Positions 40,101 through 50,833 of a DNA stretch of 64,000 bases are shown here, piece after piece. Every line of letters starts with the position of its first letter. Position 1 is the stretch's first letter. Under the pieces are notes generated by a model that did not search any database, was not told the origin of the DNA, and saw only the letters and a list, made by a program, of their open reading frames with translations. The stretch is from an uncultured Colwellia sp. GTDB taxonomy: Bacteria; Pseudomonadota; Gammaproteobacteria; Enterobacterales; Alteromonadaceae. Both the position numbers and the translations under genes were made by a program. Location of the stretch: assembly GCA_913061475.1 (NCBI GenBank), contig CAJXUN010000025.1, positions 1,427-65,426 of the forward strand. Reading direction: 5' to 3'.

Positions 40101-41618
40101 TTACTTGTATTTCCATGTCATATCGACACTACTATAAGTAGAGTAGGCACGAACACCAATGTACCAAGTACCTGCTGAAGGGTTGTCAATAGTACAGGTT
40201 TCTGTGTTGCCATTTAGCCAAGGGCGGCAAGTATAAGAGCCAGTCGTTGGCGAGCTAGTGTGTAGATATAAGTCAGCATCACCACTACCACCGGTAATAT
40301 CAACAACCAACTGTGTAGCACCTGAAGGAACCGTTACCGTATCTCGTTGCCAATTTCCTTGGCTAGCCGCTAAATTACTTGCCCCACCAGTAGTCCACGG
40401 TGATGAACCGGCGCTTTTAAATCCGGCCATCGTTGCACCTGTAGCATTTAAAACTCGGGTGTTATCACTTAACGAACTCGTCCCGGTTGCTCTACCACTA
40501 TAGGTTTTATTTGGGTTAGACCAAAATAATTGTCGAGTACAATTTGAGCTACAGTTGTAAGCCATTACTGTGCGCCAGCTTTGTTGTGGGTCCTGATAAC
40601 CATGGCCGTATGAAAATGGTGAAGAGCTAGGATCATTTTCAGGGTTGTGCCTAGCACCTTGTAAATGCCCTAATTCATGGCCAAAAGAGTAATAGCCAGT
40701 GGCACAGTCATAATCGACAATAGCGAAGGCACTTGATGAGTTGGCATATATTGCATCTGCCTGACCACAATAGCCGTTAACATCACTCACAAGTACTACC
40801 ATATCTGCACCATAAGTGTCGCGGAGCGAATGAACATTGTCCATGTAACCATCGTTAGTGGCGGCTAAGCGTGTTAAGTCACGTTCTGAGTTACTATTTT
40901 CACTATAACTAACCTGTGCGGTATGCACGACATTAACCGTTAAATTAACACCACTGCTAGCGTAACCATTATTAGTCTCTGTTTCAGCTAAGTCGATAAG
41001 TGAGGCGATATTACCCGATTGAGTTGCAGCAGAAGCCGTATAAACCACTAAAACGTCAATAACGGGATTTGCAACTAAAGCTAACGGCTGTGTTGAAAAC
41101 TCAACTGGATTACTTTGATGGTCAATGTAGTCATCAGCATGGTCTTGCATGCGCGCTTCATTAATCAATTCAACACTATGTGCACCTTTATCGGTTGGGC
41201 GTATACGATATAACTTACCTTGATAACGAATCGTACCTGTTACCGTACCGTCGCGCTCAACTAAGGTGGCTGAATTTTGTTGTGCAGTAAGCGGGTCAAT
41301 ATTAGTATTCAGGCTTAAAAATTTTGATGAAACAATACCTTGCCAAACTAATGCACCAGACTTTTTGGTTTTTGCTTTGGTTTTATTGAATTCAATACTC
41401 AGGTTGTCTTCTAGTAAAATATTGATGCTTTTGGTATTTGCTTTTAACGCACCTTTATTAATTTTAAAAACACTACGCTTGGCTACATCAATTTTTAGTG
41501 CTTGTGCTGATTTGCTTTTTAGCGTTTCAACAGGTGAAAATAAATCATTTGCTGCTTGTGCTTGAAACCCGATAGTAAACATTGCAATGGTAAGTAAACC
41601 CAGTTTAAATTTATGCAT
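40101..41618 (-). CDS. Secreted metzincin-type zinc metalloprotease with a C-terminal pre-peptidase (PPC) domain
   Basis: It has a signal peptide and the zinc motif HELGHLQGARH (HExxHxxGxxH). The PPC-like tail reads GDADLYLH...GTWYIGVRAYS. Confidence 0.8.
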   Translation of the reverse strand: MHKFKLGLLTIAMFTIGFQAQAANDLFSPVETLKSKSAQALKIDVAKRSVFKINKGALKANTKSINILLEDNLSIEFNKTKAKTKKSGALVWQGIVSSKFLSLNTNIDPLTAQQNSATLVERDGTVTGTIRYQGKLYRIRPTDKGAHSVELINEARMQDHADDYIDHQSNPVEFSTQPLALVANPVIDVLVVYTASAATQSGNIASLIDLAETETNNGYASSGVNLTVNVVHTAQVSYSENSNSERDLTRLAATNDGYMDNVHSLRDTYGADMVVLVSDVNGYCGQADAIYANSSSAFAIVDYDCATGYYSFGHELGHLQGARHNPENDPSSSPFSYGHGYQDPQQSWRTVMAYNCSSNCTRQLFWSNPNKTYSGRATGTSSLSDNTRVLNATGATMAGFKSAGSSPWTTGGASNLAASQGNWQRDTVTVPSGATQLVVDITGGSGDADLYLHTSSPTTGSYTCRPWLNGNTETCTIDNPSAGTWYIGVRAYSTYSSVDMTWKYK

Positions 41619-42124
41619 TTCTCTCTTCCCTTAGTAGTCATACTCTGACATATATTAGTTTTTAAAATACAGTTTCTAAAGTACATTACGTCATTATTTT
41701 TATTCTAAGTAATTGTTAAATTTATACTTCTGATGACTGATACTATATTAGCTCATCAATTAATTTTATTTTTGAGCTCCATTGACGATAGCTTTTTTAA
41801 AGTTTTCAGTTCGAAAATTCCCGACAATTTTTGGTTGTGTGGCGACTAATCCACTTTTATTGTGGTTTTCATGACTAAATAACCCCAAAAAAAGCCGTCA
41901 GTGATGATGGTAATATTAATGTAATGAAATTTAGTTTACTGGTTTATAAGTCAGTTTTGACTTTTTGAGTGGGAAGGAATGTCTCCAACTGGTTGAGCAA
42001 ATTTAATCATGCAGCTGAAGGTGAAAGTTTACTGATAAATCTTCTTTTTCTATAAACGATAGAGGTACAAAGAATAGAACACACACGAGTTTATCGAACA
42101 CCGAGCTTAATCTTTCTTTACTGT

Positions 42125-42682
42125 TTACTCTCTGCTTTTCTGCTTCTCTGCTTTTTTCTCAGCTCTGCGCCTTTTGAAAAACGCTGAGAGCATGGCGCTG
42201 CATTCGTCGGCTAATAGTCCCGATTTAACCTCAACTTGATGGTTATGCTGTTGATGATTTAATAAGGGGAAGGCACTGCCTGCAGCGCCTGTTTTTAAAT
42301 CTTTACTGGCAAACACTAACTGTTTTATGCGGCTATGTACTAATAAGCCTGCACACATGCAGCAAGGTTCAAGCGTTACGTATAAGGTGCAATCGAGTAG
42401 ACGATAATTTTTGATGTTTTTACCGGCATCACGAATCGCCATCATTTCCGCGTGGGCTGAGGGATCGTTATTCATGATAGATTGATTAAAGCCTTCGCCA
42501 ATAATTTTATCGTTATGCACCAGCACAGCGCCGACGGGTATTTCATTGTGACTTTGCGCCATATCCGCCAATGCTATCGCGCGGCGCATAAATTTTTCAT
42601 CATCAGCTGAAAATGGTGTTTTCATCAGTAAATCTGCTGCTATCGGCAAATCTGAATTAGAGGGCTGGCTGTTGTTACTCAT
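42125..42682 (-). CDS. tadA: tRNA adenosine(34) deaminase
   Basis: It carries the HAEMMAI and PCCMCAG zinc motifs. The N-terminal extension leaves the start uncertain. Confidence 0.9.
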   Translation of the reverse strand: MSNNSQPSNSDLPIAADLLMKTPFSADDEKFMRRAIALADMAQSHNEIPVGAVLVHNDKIIGEGFNQSIMNNDPSAHAEMMAIRDAGKNIKNYRLLDCTLYVTLEPCCMCAGLLVHSRIKQLVFASKDLKTGAAGSAFPLLNHQQHNHQVEVKSGLLADECSAMLSAFFKRRRAEKKAEKQKSRE

Positions 42683-42685
42683 AAG

Positions 42686-43831
42686 CTATAAAAACATTTC
42701 CAATAAATCATTTAAGTATCTATGACCTAATTTACTGACAGACCAAAGTGCGCCATCGAATGCCATTAGGCCTTTTGCTTGTGCTTGTAGCAAGGTAGGT
42801 AAAACCGTATCTGTGCTTAAACCGGTATAGGCTTGATAGTCATCAAGCGAAAAGCCAGAAAATAAACGCAAGCGATTCATCATATATTCAAAGGGCAGCT
42901 CTTCGGCCGTCACAGTATGCAGTTTATCAAGTGCCTTTCTGTTGGTATCTAAATAGCCCTTGGGATGTTTTACTTTTACCGTACGGTAGATTTTTTGATT
43001 ATCGACGTCGGTGACTTTGCCGTGTGCGCCACAGCCAATGCCTAAGTAATCACCAAATTGCCAATAGTTCAGGTTATGCTGACATTGATACTGTGGTTTG
43101 CTGTAAGCCGATATTTCATACTGCTGATAACCAGCCTGATTGAGCAGGGCAATACCTTGGTCTTGAATATTCCACAACACTTCGTCTTGCGGTAATTTCG
43201 GCTGTTTTGAATGAAAAGCGGTATTGGGCTCAATGGTTAATTGGTACCAAGAAATATGCGTTGGATTTAAACTGATCGCGGTTTTTAAGTCATCGAGTGC
43301 ATGCTCAACACTTTGATCTGGTAAACCGTGCATTAAATCTAAATTAAAACTTTTAACGCCACATTCACTGGCAAGATTAGCGGCCGTTTTTGCTTGTTGG
43401 CTATCATGAATACGGCCTAACTTTATTAATTTATCTGATTCAAAGCTTTGTACACCTACCGATAAACGCGAAACGCCACCATTAAAAAAGCCAATAAACT
43501 TATCGGCTTCAACGGTACCGGGGTTGGCTTCTAAGGTTATTTCAATATCAGCTTTATGCTCAAAGCGTTGCAACACTTGAGTTAATAGTTGTTCGATGGC
43601 TGGCGCTGAAAATAAGCTCGGTGTACCGCCACCAATAAATATTGAATGCAACGGTCGGTTGTTGAGATTAAAGCGCGCGATATCGCTGTCTAAATCTAGC
43701 AATAATTGTGCGATATAGTCTTGCTCAGGGATCGCATGCTTTAAGGCATGTGAATTAAAGTCACAATAAGGGCACTTTTCTACACACCAAGGTATGTGAA
43801 TATATAACGATAGCGGTGGGGCAATTAACAT
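42686..43831 (-). CDS. hemW: Radical-SAM heme chaperone HemW (YggW)
   Basis: The radical-SAM motif is CVEKCPYCDF. The N-terminus reads LSLYIHIPWC and GGGTPS is present. Confidence 0.9.
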   Translation of the reverse strand: MLIAPPLSLYIHIPWCVEKCPYCDFNSHALKHAIPEQDYIAQLLLDLDSDIARFNLNNRPLHSIFIGGGTPSLFSAPAIEQLLTQVLQRFEHKADIEITLEANPGTVEADKFIGFFNGGVSRLSVGVQSFESDKLIKLGRIHDSQQAKTAANLASECGVKSFNLDLMHGLPDQSVEHALDDLKTAISLNPTHISWYQLTIEPNTAFHSKQPKLPQDEVLWNIQDQGIALLNQAGYQQYEISAYSKPQYQCQHNLNYWQFGDYLGIGCGAHGKVTDVDNQKIYRTVKVKHPKGYLDTNRKALDKLHTVTAEELPFEYMMNRLRLFSGFSLDDYQAYTGLSTDTVLPTLLQAQAKGLMAFDGALWSVSKLGHRYLNDLLEMFL

Positions 43832-44455
43832 TTAGGTGTTTTCTTCAATCAGGTTTTTAGCAAGGTCTTTGCTCAGTAGCGGCACTAATTGTTGCAATGC
43901 CTGACCACGATGGCTGAGTTGGTTTTTTAGCTCTCGGGGCAATTGCGCTGAGGTCATTCTATGTTCAGCTTGCCAAAAAACCGGGTCATAGCCAAAGCCT
44001 TGTTCGCCATGTTTTTCACGACAGATACTACCTTGCCAAACCCCGTGACAAATTAACGGTGTTGGATCATTTTCATGACGCATATAAACCAAGACACAAT
44101 GAAAACGTGCCGTGCGATTTTCATCGGCAACATTTTCTAATGCGGTTAATAGTTTATTCGTATTGTCATCATCACTGGCGTTCACACCCGCATAGCGAGC
44201 AGAGTAAACACCGGGAGCACCATTTAAGGCATCTACTTCTAAGCCCGAGTCATCGGCAATAGCCGGCATGCCAGTGATTTTCGCGGCATGGCGCGCTTTA
44301 ATTATGGCATTTTCAACAAAGGTAGTGCCGGTTTCAGCAACGTCTGGCACATTGAATTCACTTTGTGGCTTTATCTCAATATGCTGCGCAGCTAATAAAC
44401 TCGCCAGTTCTTTAACTTTACCCTGATTGCCGGTTGCCAATACGATAGTGGTCAT
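43832..44455 (-). CDS. rdgB: dITP/XTP pyrophosphatase
   Basis: Motifs include IVLATGNQGKVKE, FGYDPVF and SHRGQA. I chose the start at the ATG with AAGG 8 nt upstream; the ORF track starts at GTG 44464. Confidence 0.92.
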   Translation of the reverse strand: MTTIVLATGNQGKVKELASLLAAQHIEIKPQSEFNVPDVAETGTTFVENAIIKARHAAKITGMPAIADDSGLEVDALNGAPGVYSARYAGVNASDDDNTNKLLTALENVADENRTARFHCVLVYMRHENDPTPLICHGVWQGSICREKHGEQGFGYDPVFWQAEHRMTSAQLPRELKNQLSHRGQALQQLVPLLSKDLAKNLIEENT

Positions 44456-44619
44456 GAAAAACACCTTTTAGAATATCTGAAATTAGTGCACTGCGTAGCG
44501 TCGTAATATGTTTATGTCGGCGCAGCGATAAATTAATTATAACAATGGCGCGCATAATACCTTAATCTACAACAAAGAGGGAGCGTCAAGCACTAAATTG
44601 CAAAGAACTCAGAGGCGAT

Positions 44620-45516
44620 ATGTCGTTAAAAGATACATTTTTAGCTTTAGTTATTATTTTTATCTGGGGCTTTAATTTTGTCATTATTGCTTGGGGTGTT
44701 GAATCTATGCCGCCACTGCTGATGGGCGGCTTGCGGTTTTTGCTGGTGGCGCTATTAGGTTCGCTTTTTATTCGTAAACCCAACATACCGTGGCGATGGA
44801 TGGCACTTTATGCTTTTACCTTATGTTTTGGACAATTTTCCTTATTATTTTCTGCTTTAGCGTTTGGCATGCCAGCGGGGTTAGCGTCACTTGTTTTGCA
44901 ATCGCAAGCGGTGTTCACTTTACTATTTTCGGTGGTTATTTTAAAAGAGCAGATCAAAGCTAGCCAAGTGATCGCTATGCTTATCGCGGGCACAGGTTTA
45001 GTCATTATTGGCAGCGCTGGGCAAGCAGGTAGTATGACCTTGCTAGGATTTAGCTTAACGATTGCAGCAGCAATAGCCTGGGGATTGGGTAATGTGGTGA
45101 ATCGCTTGATCAATCAACGTGGTTATCGAGCTAATATTGGTTTAGTGATCTGGTCATCTTGGGTCGCTATGGTACCGTTTTTTCTAAGCAGTTATTGGTT
45201 TGAAGGAGAGCGGGCCATCATGCAAAGTTTACAAAATTTGAATTGGCTAAGTGTGGTGGTGCTATTTTATTTAGCTATTGCGGCGTCTATTACCGGCTAT
45301 AGCCTTTGGAGTTACCTGTTAACGCATTATCCTGCCGGACAAGTTGCGCCATTAACCTTGGCTGTACCGGTTGTTGGCATAGCTTCGGCGGCATTATTGC
45401 TTGATGAAAGTATGTCTTCGCAGCAGGTCATCGGTATTTGTATTGTTATGATTGGACTATTGGTGAATACTTTTGGTACTAAGCTTTATCACTCTTTTAG
45501 CGCTAAAACGACGTAA
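44620..45516 (+). CDS. EamA/DMT-superfamily transporter
   Basis: It has about 10 TM segments arranged as two EamA repeats. Confidence 0.8.
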   Translation: MSLKDTFLALVIIFIWGFNFVIIAWGVESMPPLLMGGLRFLLVALLGSLFIRKPNIPWRWMALYAFTLCFGQFSLLFSALAFGMPAGLASLVLQSQAVFTLLFSVVILKEQIKASQVIAMLIAGTGLVIIGSAGQAGSMTLLGFSLTIAAAIAWGLGNVVNRLINQRGYRANIGLVIWSSWVAMVPFFLSSYWFEGERAIMQSLQNLNWLSVVVLFYLAIAASITGYSLWSYLLTHYPAGQVAPLTLAVPVVGIASAALLLDESMSSQQVIGICIVMIGLLVNTFGTKLYHSFSAKTT

Positions 45517-45643
45517 TCGTCATCTATTTGCATGTAATACACGTGCGCAAGTCAACATGTAGGTACTAAATAAAAACGGCACATAATTTACCTAAAGTAT
45601 TTATAGTGCCGTTGGTATGTCAAATATCAATTATCTTTGTAAG

Positions 45644-46084
45644 CTAGTCAACATAGAATTTTTGCGAAAATTTTAAGTTATGCTGCTTGCCTTTATCAGT
45701 GATATTAATGTCAAAATATATGGTTTCTTCATTGGTATAACTGACTTGTGCCAGATAATAAACTGCATCCCCTTCAACAACTTCAGTAAAGTCGAGCGAC
45801 TTTATTTGTCCGACATCATTACGGGCTTTACCATTGATAATAACTGTTTTAGATGGTTTACCTTCTTGGGTGTTATCAAGTACTGAAATGTTAACTAAGC
45901 CTTTATATCTGCTGCGCTCAATGCCATACGCTTTAGCAATTTCAGGCGTTAAAAACGTCGAGCTTAACGCGATATAATGAACGTTAATATCGTTCATTTT
46001 TTTCATGTTTTCAGCGTTACTTACTGTGGCAAATGCGATAGACAATACCGCAAACATTACCAGATTTTTAATGATGCTTTTCAT
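45644..46084 (-). CDS. Periplasmic DUF4426-like protein
   Basis: It has a signal peptide and is about 146 aa. It sits between rdgB and yggT, as I recall for DUF4426 genes in Pseudomonas. The family call is tentative. Confidence 0.45.
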   Translation of the reverse strand: MKSIIKNLVMFAVLSIAFATVSNAENMKKMNDINVHYIALSSTFLTPEIAKAYGIERSRYKGLVNISVLDNTQEGKPSKTVIINGKARNDVGQIKSLDFTEVVEGDAVYYLAQVSYTNEETIYFDINITDKGKQHNLKFSQKFYVD

Positions 46085-46155
46085 GTTTATGACCTTAAAA
46101 TGTAAGTCGTTATCGTTAAGTATATACGACTAATTCAATTAGGAAAAAATAACCC

Positions 46156-46704
46156 TTATACCATGGACCAATAGGGCACCCATCCACTTAATAAAATATT
46201 CAGCACATTTAATAATAGAAAGGCAATAAGCACCGATAGATCTAACCCGCCTATGCTCGGAATAATGCGTCTAATAGGGGTTAGCACGGGAGCGGTAAGT
46301 TGATTGAAAATCATTAACGTTGGGTTATAGCCTTGAACTACCCAACTCATTAATGCCATGATTAGCATGATCATGAACAGCAACATGCCCGCTTGTTTAA
46401 TGAGATATATTAAACCTAAATACAAGGCAGAAATAATATCTATCGGGCCACCGTTAAGTAATGGAATGATAATAAAAGTTAAGGTGGCAACAACATAGGC
46501 CAAAACAATCGTAGCTAAATCGACGCCACCTAAGCCAGGAATAATTCGACGTAAAGGGATCACTAATGGATTACTCACTTTGACAATAAATTGACTCAGT
46601 GGGTTATAAAAATCAGCGCGTACTAATTGTAGCCATACACGCAATATTAAAATCATCAGTACTGCGTCAAAGGCAAACTTAAGCAAATAATTAATTGCTT
46701 CCAT
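46156..46704 (-). CDS. yggT: YggT-family membrane protein
   Basis: It has two YGGT repeats (NPLSQFIVKVSNPLVIPLRRIIP, and TAPVLTPIRRIIP) and lies downstream of proC. Confidence 0.88.
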   Translation of the reverse strand: MEAINYLLKFAFDAVLMILILRVWLQLVRADFYNPLSQFIVKVSNPLVIPLRRIIPGLGGVDLATIVLAYVVATLTFIIIPLLNGGPIDIISALYLGLIYLIKQAGMLLFMIMLIMALMSWVVQGYNPTLMIFNQLTAPVLTPIRRIIPSIGGLDLSVLIAFLLLNVLNILLSGWVPYWSMV

Positions 46705-46797
46705 CTAAAAACTCCAAAATTATGATAATAAATCTAACGGTCGTTTAATTGTTTTATCAACCCAAATTACAGGCTAATAAGTTAAGCAATATTAATA

Positions 46798-47613
46798 CTA
46801 TTGCGCATTTTGCGCCATTTCTTTAGCGCGTGCTAATGCTGTGTTCATGGCCTTTGTAACAAGTTGTTCCAAGCCTCCTTCACTAAAGGCACTTATTGCC
46901 GCTTGTGTTGTACCGCCTTTTGAGCATACATTTTCACGCAACTTGCGGATAGATAATTTATTTTCTACCACCATTTTAGCGGCGCCTAAGGCGGTTTGCT
47001 GCACCAACTCTCTACTGTCCTGCTCGCTAAAACCATAAGCTTTAGCTTGTTTTTCCATTGCTTCCATAAACAAAAAGAAATAGGCAGGACCCGAACCCGA
47101 TACGGCAATAATATGGTCAATTTGTTCTTCTGAATCTAACCACTTTATGATGCCAACCGATTCCATCAGTTTGCTAGTAAAGGCTTTTTCTTCATCGTTT
47201 ATATGTGAATTGGCATAGATGCCGGTCACGCCAACGCCTAGTTGTGAAGGGGTATTTGGCATGGTTCTAATCACGGTACAAGGGTGATTTAGCGCCTGTT
47301 CGATTTGTTTTATCGTGCACCCTGCTGCAACCGAGATAAAACACTTTGCGCTAATATCGATACTTTTGCCAAACTGTCGGCAAACATCAGCAATAAAATG
47401 AGGTTTTACGCCGAGTACAATCACATCAGCAAATGCTGCTGCTTCCATATTATCTGGCGTTTGTTGTATACCATGAGCTGCTTGTAAAGCTTCTCGCTTT
47501 GGTGCAGATGGATTCGACACCATAATGTTTTCTGGCTCAAAACCGCTTTGTACAAGACCAGAAATAATGGCGCCGTTCATATTGCCTGCGCCGATAAATG
47601 CTATTTTTTTCAT
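46798..47613 (-). CDS. proC: Pyrroline-5-carboxylate reductase
   Basis: The NAD(P) motif is IAFIGAGNMNGAI, and GSGPAYFF and SKGGTT are present. Confidence 0.93.
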   Translation of the reverse strand: MKKIAFIGAGNMNGAIISGLVQSGFEPENIMVSNPSAPKREALQAAHGIQQTPDNMEAAAFADVIVLGVKPHFIADVCRQFGKSIDISAKCFISVAAGCTIKQIEQALNHPCTVIRTMPNTPSQLGVGVTGIYANSHINDEEKAFTSKLMESVGIIKWLDSEEQIDHIIAVSGSGPAYFFLFMEAMEKQAKAYGFSEQDSRELVQQTALGAAKMVVENKLSIRKLRENVCSKGGTTQAAISAFSEGGLEQLVTKAMNTALARAKEMAQNAQ

Positions 47614-47748
47614 AATTTTCCTATCAAATATTACTGACTCACTACCAAAATCAGGTTAGTAATGAACTATTATTGTTTTAAGCGTGAACCGCCTTTATTG
47701 TCGGTGGTAGGCGACTTTTGTCTTAGCATTATACGTCGCGCTTTGAGT

Positions 47749-48423
47749 TTAATTCCGAGAGCCAAAAATTGCTGAGCCAATGCGTACGATAGTAGAGCCG
47801 GCATTAATAGCCAGCTGCATATCGGCCGACATGCCCATAGATAATGTATCTATAGTTGGGTAATTTTTTTGTAGTGCTATAAATAGACTTTGCATTTGCT
47901 TAAAGCTTGCCTGAGAAGCATTTTTTTCCGGAATGGCCATTAGACCACGTAAGCATAAGTTGTCACAAGTTTCGATGACCGCAAGTAGCGCAGGAAGCTC
48001 ATCAAGTAAAACACCAGATTTACTTTCTTCACCACTAATATTCACTTGTAAACAAATGTTTAGCGGGGTATCTTGACCAGACCTATGCTCGTTAAGGCGT
48101 TTGGCTATTTTCGCTCTGTCGACGCTGTGTACCCAAGAGAAATGCTGGGCGATTAAGTTGGTTTTATTCGCTTGAATAGGGCCAATAAAGTGCCACGAAA
48201 TATCGGCTTTACTTTGCAAGGCGATAATTTTTTCAACCGCTTCTTGGACATAGCTTTCACCAAAAGCGCGTTGACCGGCATCATAAGCTTGCTCGAGCAT
48301 ATTAATAGGTTTAGTTTTACTGACTGCAAGCAGCGTAACTTCGTTAGGCTTGCGGTGAGCATTTTGACAAGCAGAAGAAATTTGCAGTTTAACTTGGGCA
48401 ATATTATCTTTAATAGCAATCAT
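47749..48423 (-). CDS. yggS: YggS-family PLP homeostasis protein
   Basis: Motifs include LLAVSKTKP, WHFIGPIQANK and SMGMS. I chose the start at an internal ATG; the ORF track starts at TTG 48444. Confidence 0.9.
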   Translation of the reverse strand: MIAIKDNIAQVKLQISSACQNAHRKPNEVTLLAVSKTKPINMLEQAYDAGQRAFGESYVQEAVEKIIALQSKADISWHFIGPIQANKTNLIAQHFSWVHSVDRAKIAKRLNEHRSGQDTPLNICLQVNISGEESKSGVLLDELPALLAVIETCDNLCLRGLMAIPEKNASQASFKQMQSLFIALQKNYPTIDTLSMGMSADMQLAINAGSTIVRIGSAIFGSRN

Positions 48424-48493
48424 ATTGTTTATTTCAGTTCTCAATGACTTATTCAGTTGTTAGTTCAATTATTAATTCGACTAAGAGGTTTGT

Positions 48494-49537
48494 ATGGATA
48501 TTACCGAATTATTAGCATTTAGTGTGGAAAATAATGCTTCAGATTTACATTTATCAACAGGAACTCCCCCGTCTATTCGCGTCGATGGTGATGTACGTAA
48601 ATTAAATATACCAGCATTTGACGAGAAAGATGTTAACGCTTTGGTCTATGATATTATGAATGACCGTCAGCGAAAAGAGTATGAAGAAAAATTAGAGGTC
48701 GATTTCTCGTTTGAAGTACCAAATTTAGCACGTTTCAGGGTTAATGCCTTTAATCAAAATCGTGGCCCTGCCGCAGTATTTCGTACGATCCCAAGTAAAA
48801 TATTGTCATTAGATGATTTAGGCTGTCCCGATATTTTCCGTGATATCTCAGCATTGCCGCGTGGTTTAGTTCTGGTTACTGGGCCTACCGGTTCGGGTAA
48901 ATCAACAACCTTAGCCGCTATGGTTGATCATATTAACAAAAATAAACATGATCATATTTTAACCATAGAAGATCCCATTGAATTTGTTCATGAAAACCAC
49001 TCATGCCTCATTAACCAGCGTGAAGTTCATCGCGATACGCTAAGCTTTAGCGCGGCACTGCGCTCGGCGTTACGTGAAGATCCCGATGTTATTTTGGTTG
49101 GTGAAATGCGTGATTTAGAGACCATACGTTTAGCGATGACAGCAGCAGAAACCGGCCATTTGGTATTCGGTACACTACATACAACGTCCGCGCCAAAAAC
49201 TATTGACCGTATTATTGATGTTTTTCCTGGTGAAGAAAAAGCGATGGTGCGTTCCATGTTGTCGGAGTCACTACGTGCGGTAATTTCACAAACCTTAATT
49301 AAAAAGGTGGGTGGTGGTCGAGTAGCAGCCCACGAAATAATGATGGGAGTTCCTGCCATTCGTAACCTGATCCGTGAAGATAAAATTGCCCAAATGTATT
49401 CAGCTATTCAAACTGGTATGTCCCACGGCATGCAAACCATGGATCAATGTTTACAAAATTTAGTTAATCGCGGCATTATCACCAAACAAGATGCGATGGA
49501 AAAAGCACAAGATAAAAACCAATTTATGGGTTATTAG
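48494..49537 (+). CDS. pilT: Type IV pilus retraction ATPase PilT
   Basis: Motifs include ASDLHLSTG, Walker A GPTGSGKST, ILTIEDPIEF and the AIRNLIRE motif. Confidence 0.95.
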   Translation: MDITELLAFSVENNASDLHLSTGTPPSIRVDGDVRKLNIPAFDEKDVNALVYDIMNDRQRKEYEEKLEVDFSFEVPNLARFRVNAFNQNRGPAAVFRTIPSKILSLDDLGCPDIFRDISALPRGLVLVTGPTGSGKSTTLAAMVDHINKNKHDHILTIEDPIEFVHENHSCLINQREVHRDTLSFSAALRSALREDPDVILVGEMRDLETIRLAMTAAETGHLVFGTLHTTSAPKTIDRIIDVFPGEEKAMVRSMLSESLRAVISQTLIKKVGGGRVAAHEIMMGVPAIRNLIREDKIAQMYSAIQTGMSHGMQTMDQCLQNLVNRGIITKQDAMEKAQDKNQFMGY

Positions 49538-49570
49538 CCTAGCTAGTGTCGAATGGAAAAAGGTAACCAG

Positions 49571-50698
49571 ATGAATTTTAATGATTTATTAGAAAAAATG
49601 GTGCAACACGAAGCATCCGATATGTTTGTTACGGCTAAATTAGCAGTCAGTGCAAAAATTAATGGTGAGCTACAAGCTATAGATGACAAAATTTTATCGT
49701 CAGATGAAGCATTAGGTTTAGTCCATGATGCTATGTCTGAAAAGCAAAAACTTGCTTTTGAGGAAGAAAAAGAATGTAACTTTGCTATATCCATTGACGG
49801 CATAGGGCGATTTCGTGTCTCGGCATTTTGGCAACGAGATATGGCGGGTATGGTTATTCGTCGTATTGTCACTGAAATACCAGAAGCGGATGAGCTTGGC
49901 CTGCCATCAGTACTAAAAGATGTGGTGATGTCTAAGCGTGGTTTAGTGTTATTCGTTGGTGGCACGGGTACGGGTAAATCAACATCGATGGCTGCACTCA
50001 TTGGTTATCGCAATAAAAATTCACGAGGACATATATTAACCATAGAAGATCCAGTTGAATTTGTTCACGAGCATGCAAAATGTATGGTGACGCAACGTGA
50101 AGTAGGTCTCGACACTGAAAGTTTTGGTGCAGCGTTGAAAAGTTCTTTGCGTCAAGCGCCTGATGTCATCTTAATTGGTGAAATACGTAATCAAGAAACC
50201 ATGGAGCATGCGTTGAGTTTCGCGGAAACAGGTCATTTATGTATTGCCACTTTACATGCTAATAATTCTAACCAAGCGATTGACCGTATTATGCATTTGG
50301 TGCCAGCAGAGCAACACGGAAAATTGCTGTTTGATTTAGCATTGAACCTTCGAGGGATTGTTGCTCAACAATTAATTCCAACACGCGATGGTAACGGTCG
50401 TGTGGCGGCCATTGAAATTTTGCTTAATTCACCTTATGTCGCTGAGCTAATTAAAAAAGGCGATGTGGGTAGTATTAAAGAGGTGATGGAAAAATCAACA
50501 GATCAAGGCATGCAAACCTTCGATCAAGCATTGTTTAACTTGTACCAACAAGGGCTTATTAATTATGCTGATGCACTGCACCATGCTGATTCACCTAATG
50601 ACTTGCGCTTAATGATTAAATTACGCAGTAATGATCAAGGCGGAACAGGGTCTTTATCTGGTGTGACTATTGATGGCTTAGAACCAAAAGAACAGTAA
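49571..50698 (+). CDS. pilU: PilT-paralogous ATPase PilU
   Basis: Motifs include ASDMFVT, Walker A GGTGTGKST and ILTIEDPVEF. It lies directly downstream of pilT. The ORF track starts at 49553. Confidence 0.9.
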   Translation: MNFNDLLEKMVQHEASDMFVTAKLAVSAKINGELQAIDDKILSSDEALGLVHDAMSEKQKLAFEEEKECNFAISIDGIGRFRVSAFWQRDMAGMVIRRIVTEIPEADELGLPSVLKDVVMSKRGLVLFVGGTGTGKSTSMAALIGYRNKNSRGHILTIEDPVEFVHEHAKCMVTQREVGLDTESFGAALKSSLRQAPDVILIGEIRNQETMEHALSFAETGHLCIATLHANNSNQAIDRIMHLVPAEQHGKLLFDLALNLRGIVAQQLIPTRDGNGRVAAIEILLNSPYVAELIKKGDVGSIKEVMEKSTDQGMQTFDQALFNLYQQGLINYADALHHADSPNDLRLMIKLRSNDQGGTGSLSGVTIDGLEPKEQ

Positions 50699-50723
50699 TG
50701 ATAGTCTGCTAATGTAAGCTGAA

Positions 50724-50754
50724 AAAGCATGCTGATTTGGGCATGCTTTTTTTT
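50724..50754 (+). terminator. Rho-independent terminator after pilU
   Basis: AAAGCATGC-TGATTTGG-GCATGCTTT is followed by T8. Confidence 0.85.
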
Positions 50755-50833
50755 GTCAGCTGTTTTTTTAAATAAAAGACAACGTCAAATAGTCTATAAA
50801 ATACCAGGGTTATAAAAATAAAAGGACATTTTA

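Noticed and set aside
41619-42124. I searched the 500-bp gap for tRNA, CRISPR repeats, small ORFs and sRNA.
   Set aside because: There is no cloverleaf-like GC-rich segment and no direct repeats. The only ORF, 38 codons starting ATGACTGAT, lacks any SD. Only a weak 6-bp hairpin is present.
44586-44786. A 66-aa minus-strand ORF overlaps the EamA transporter start.
   Set aside because: It is a shadow ORF of a membrane-protein gene with no translation signals.
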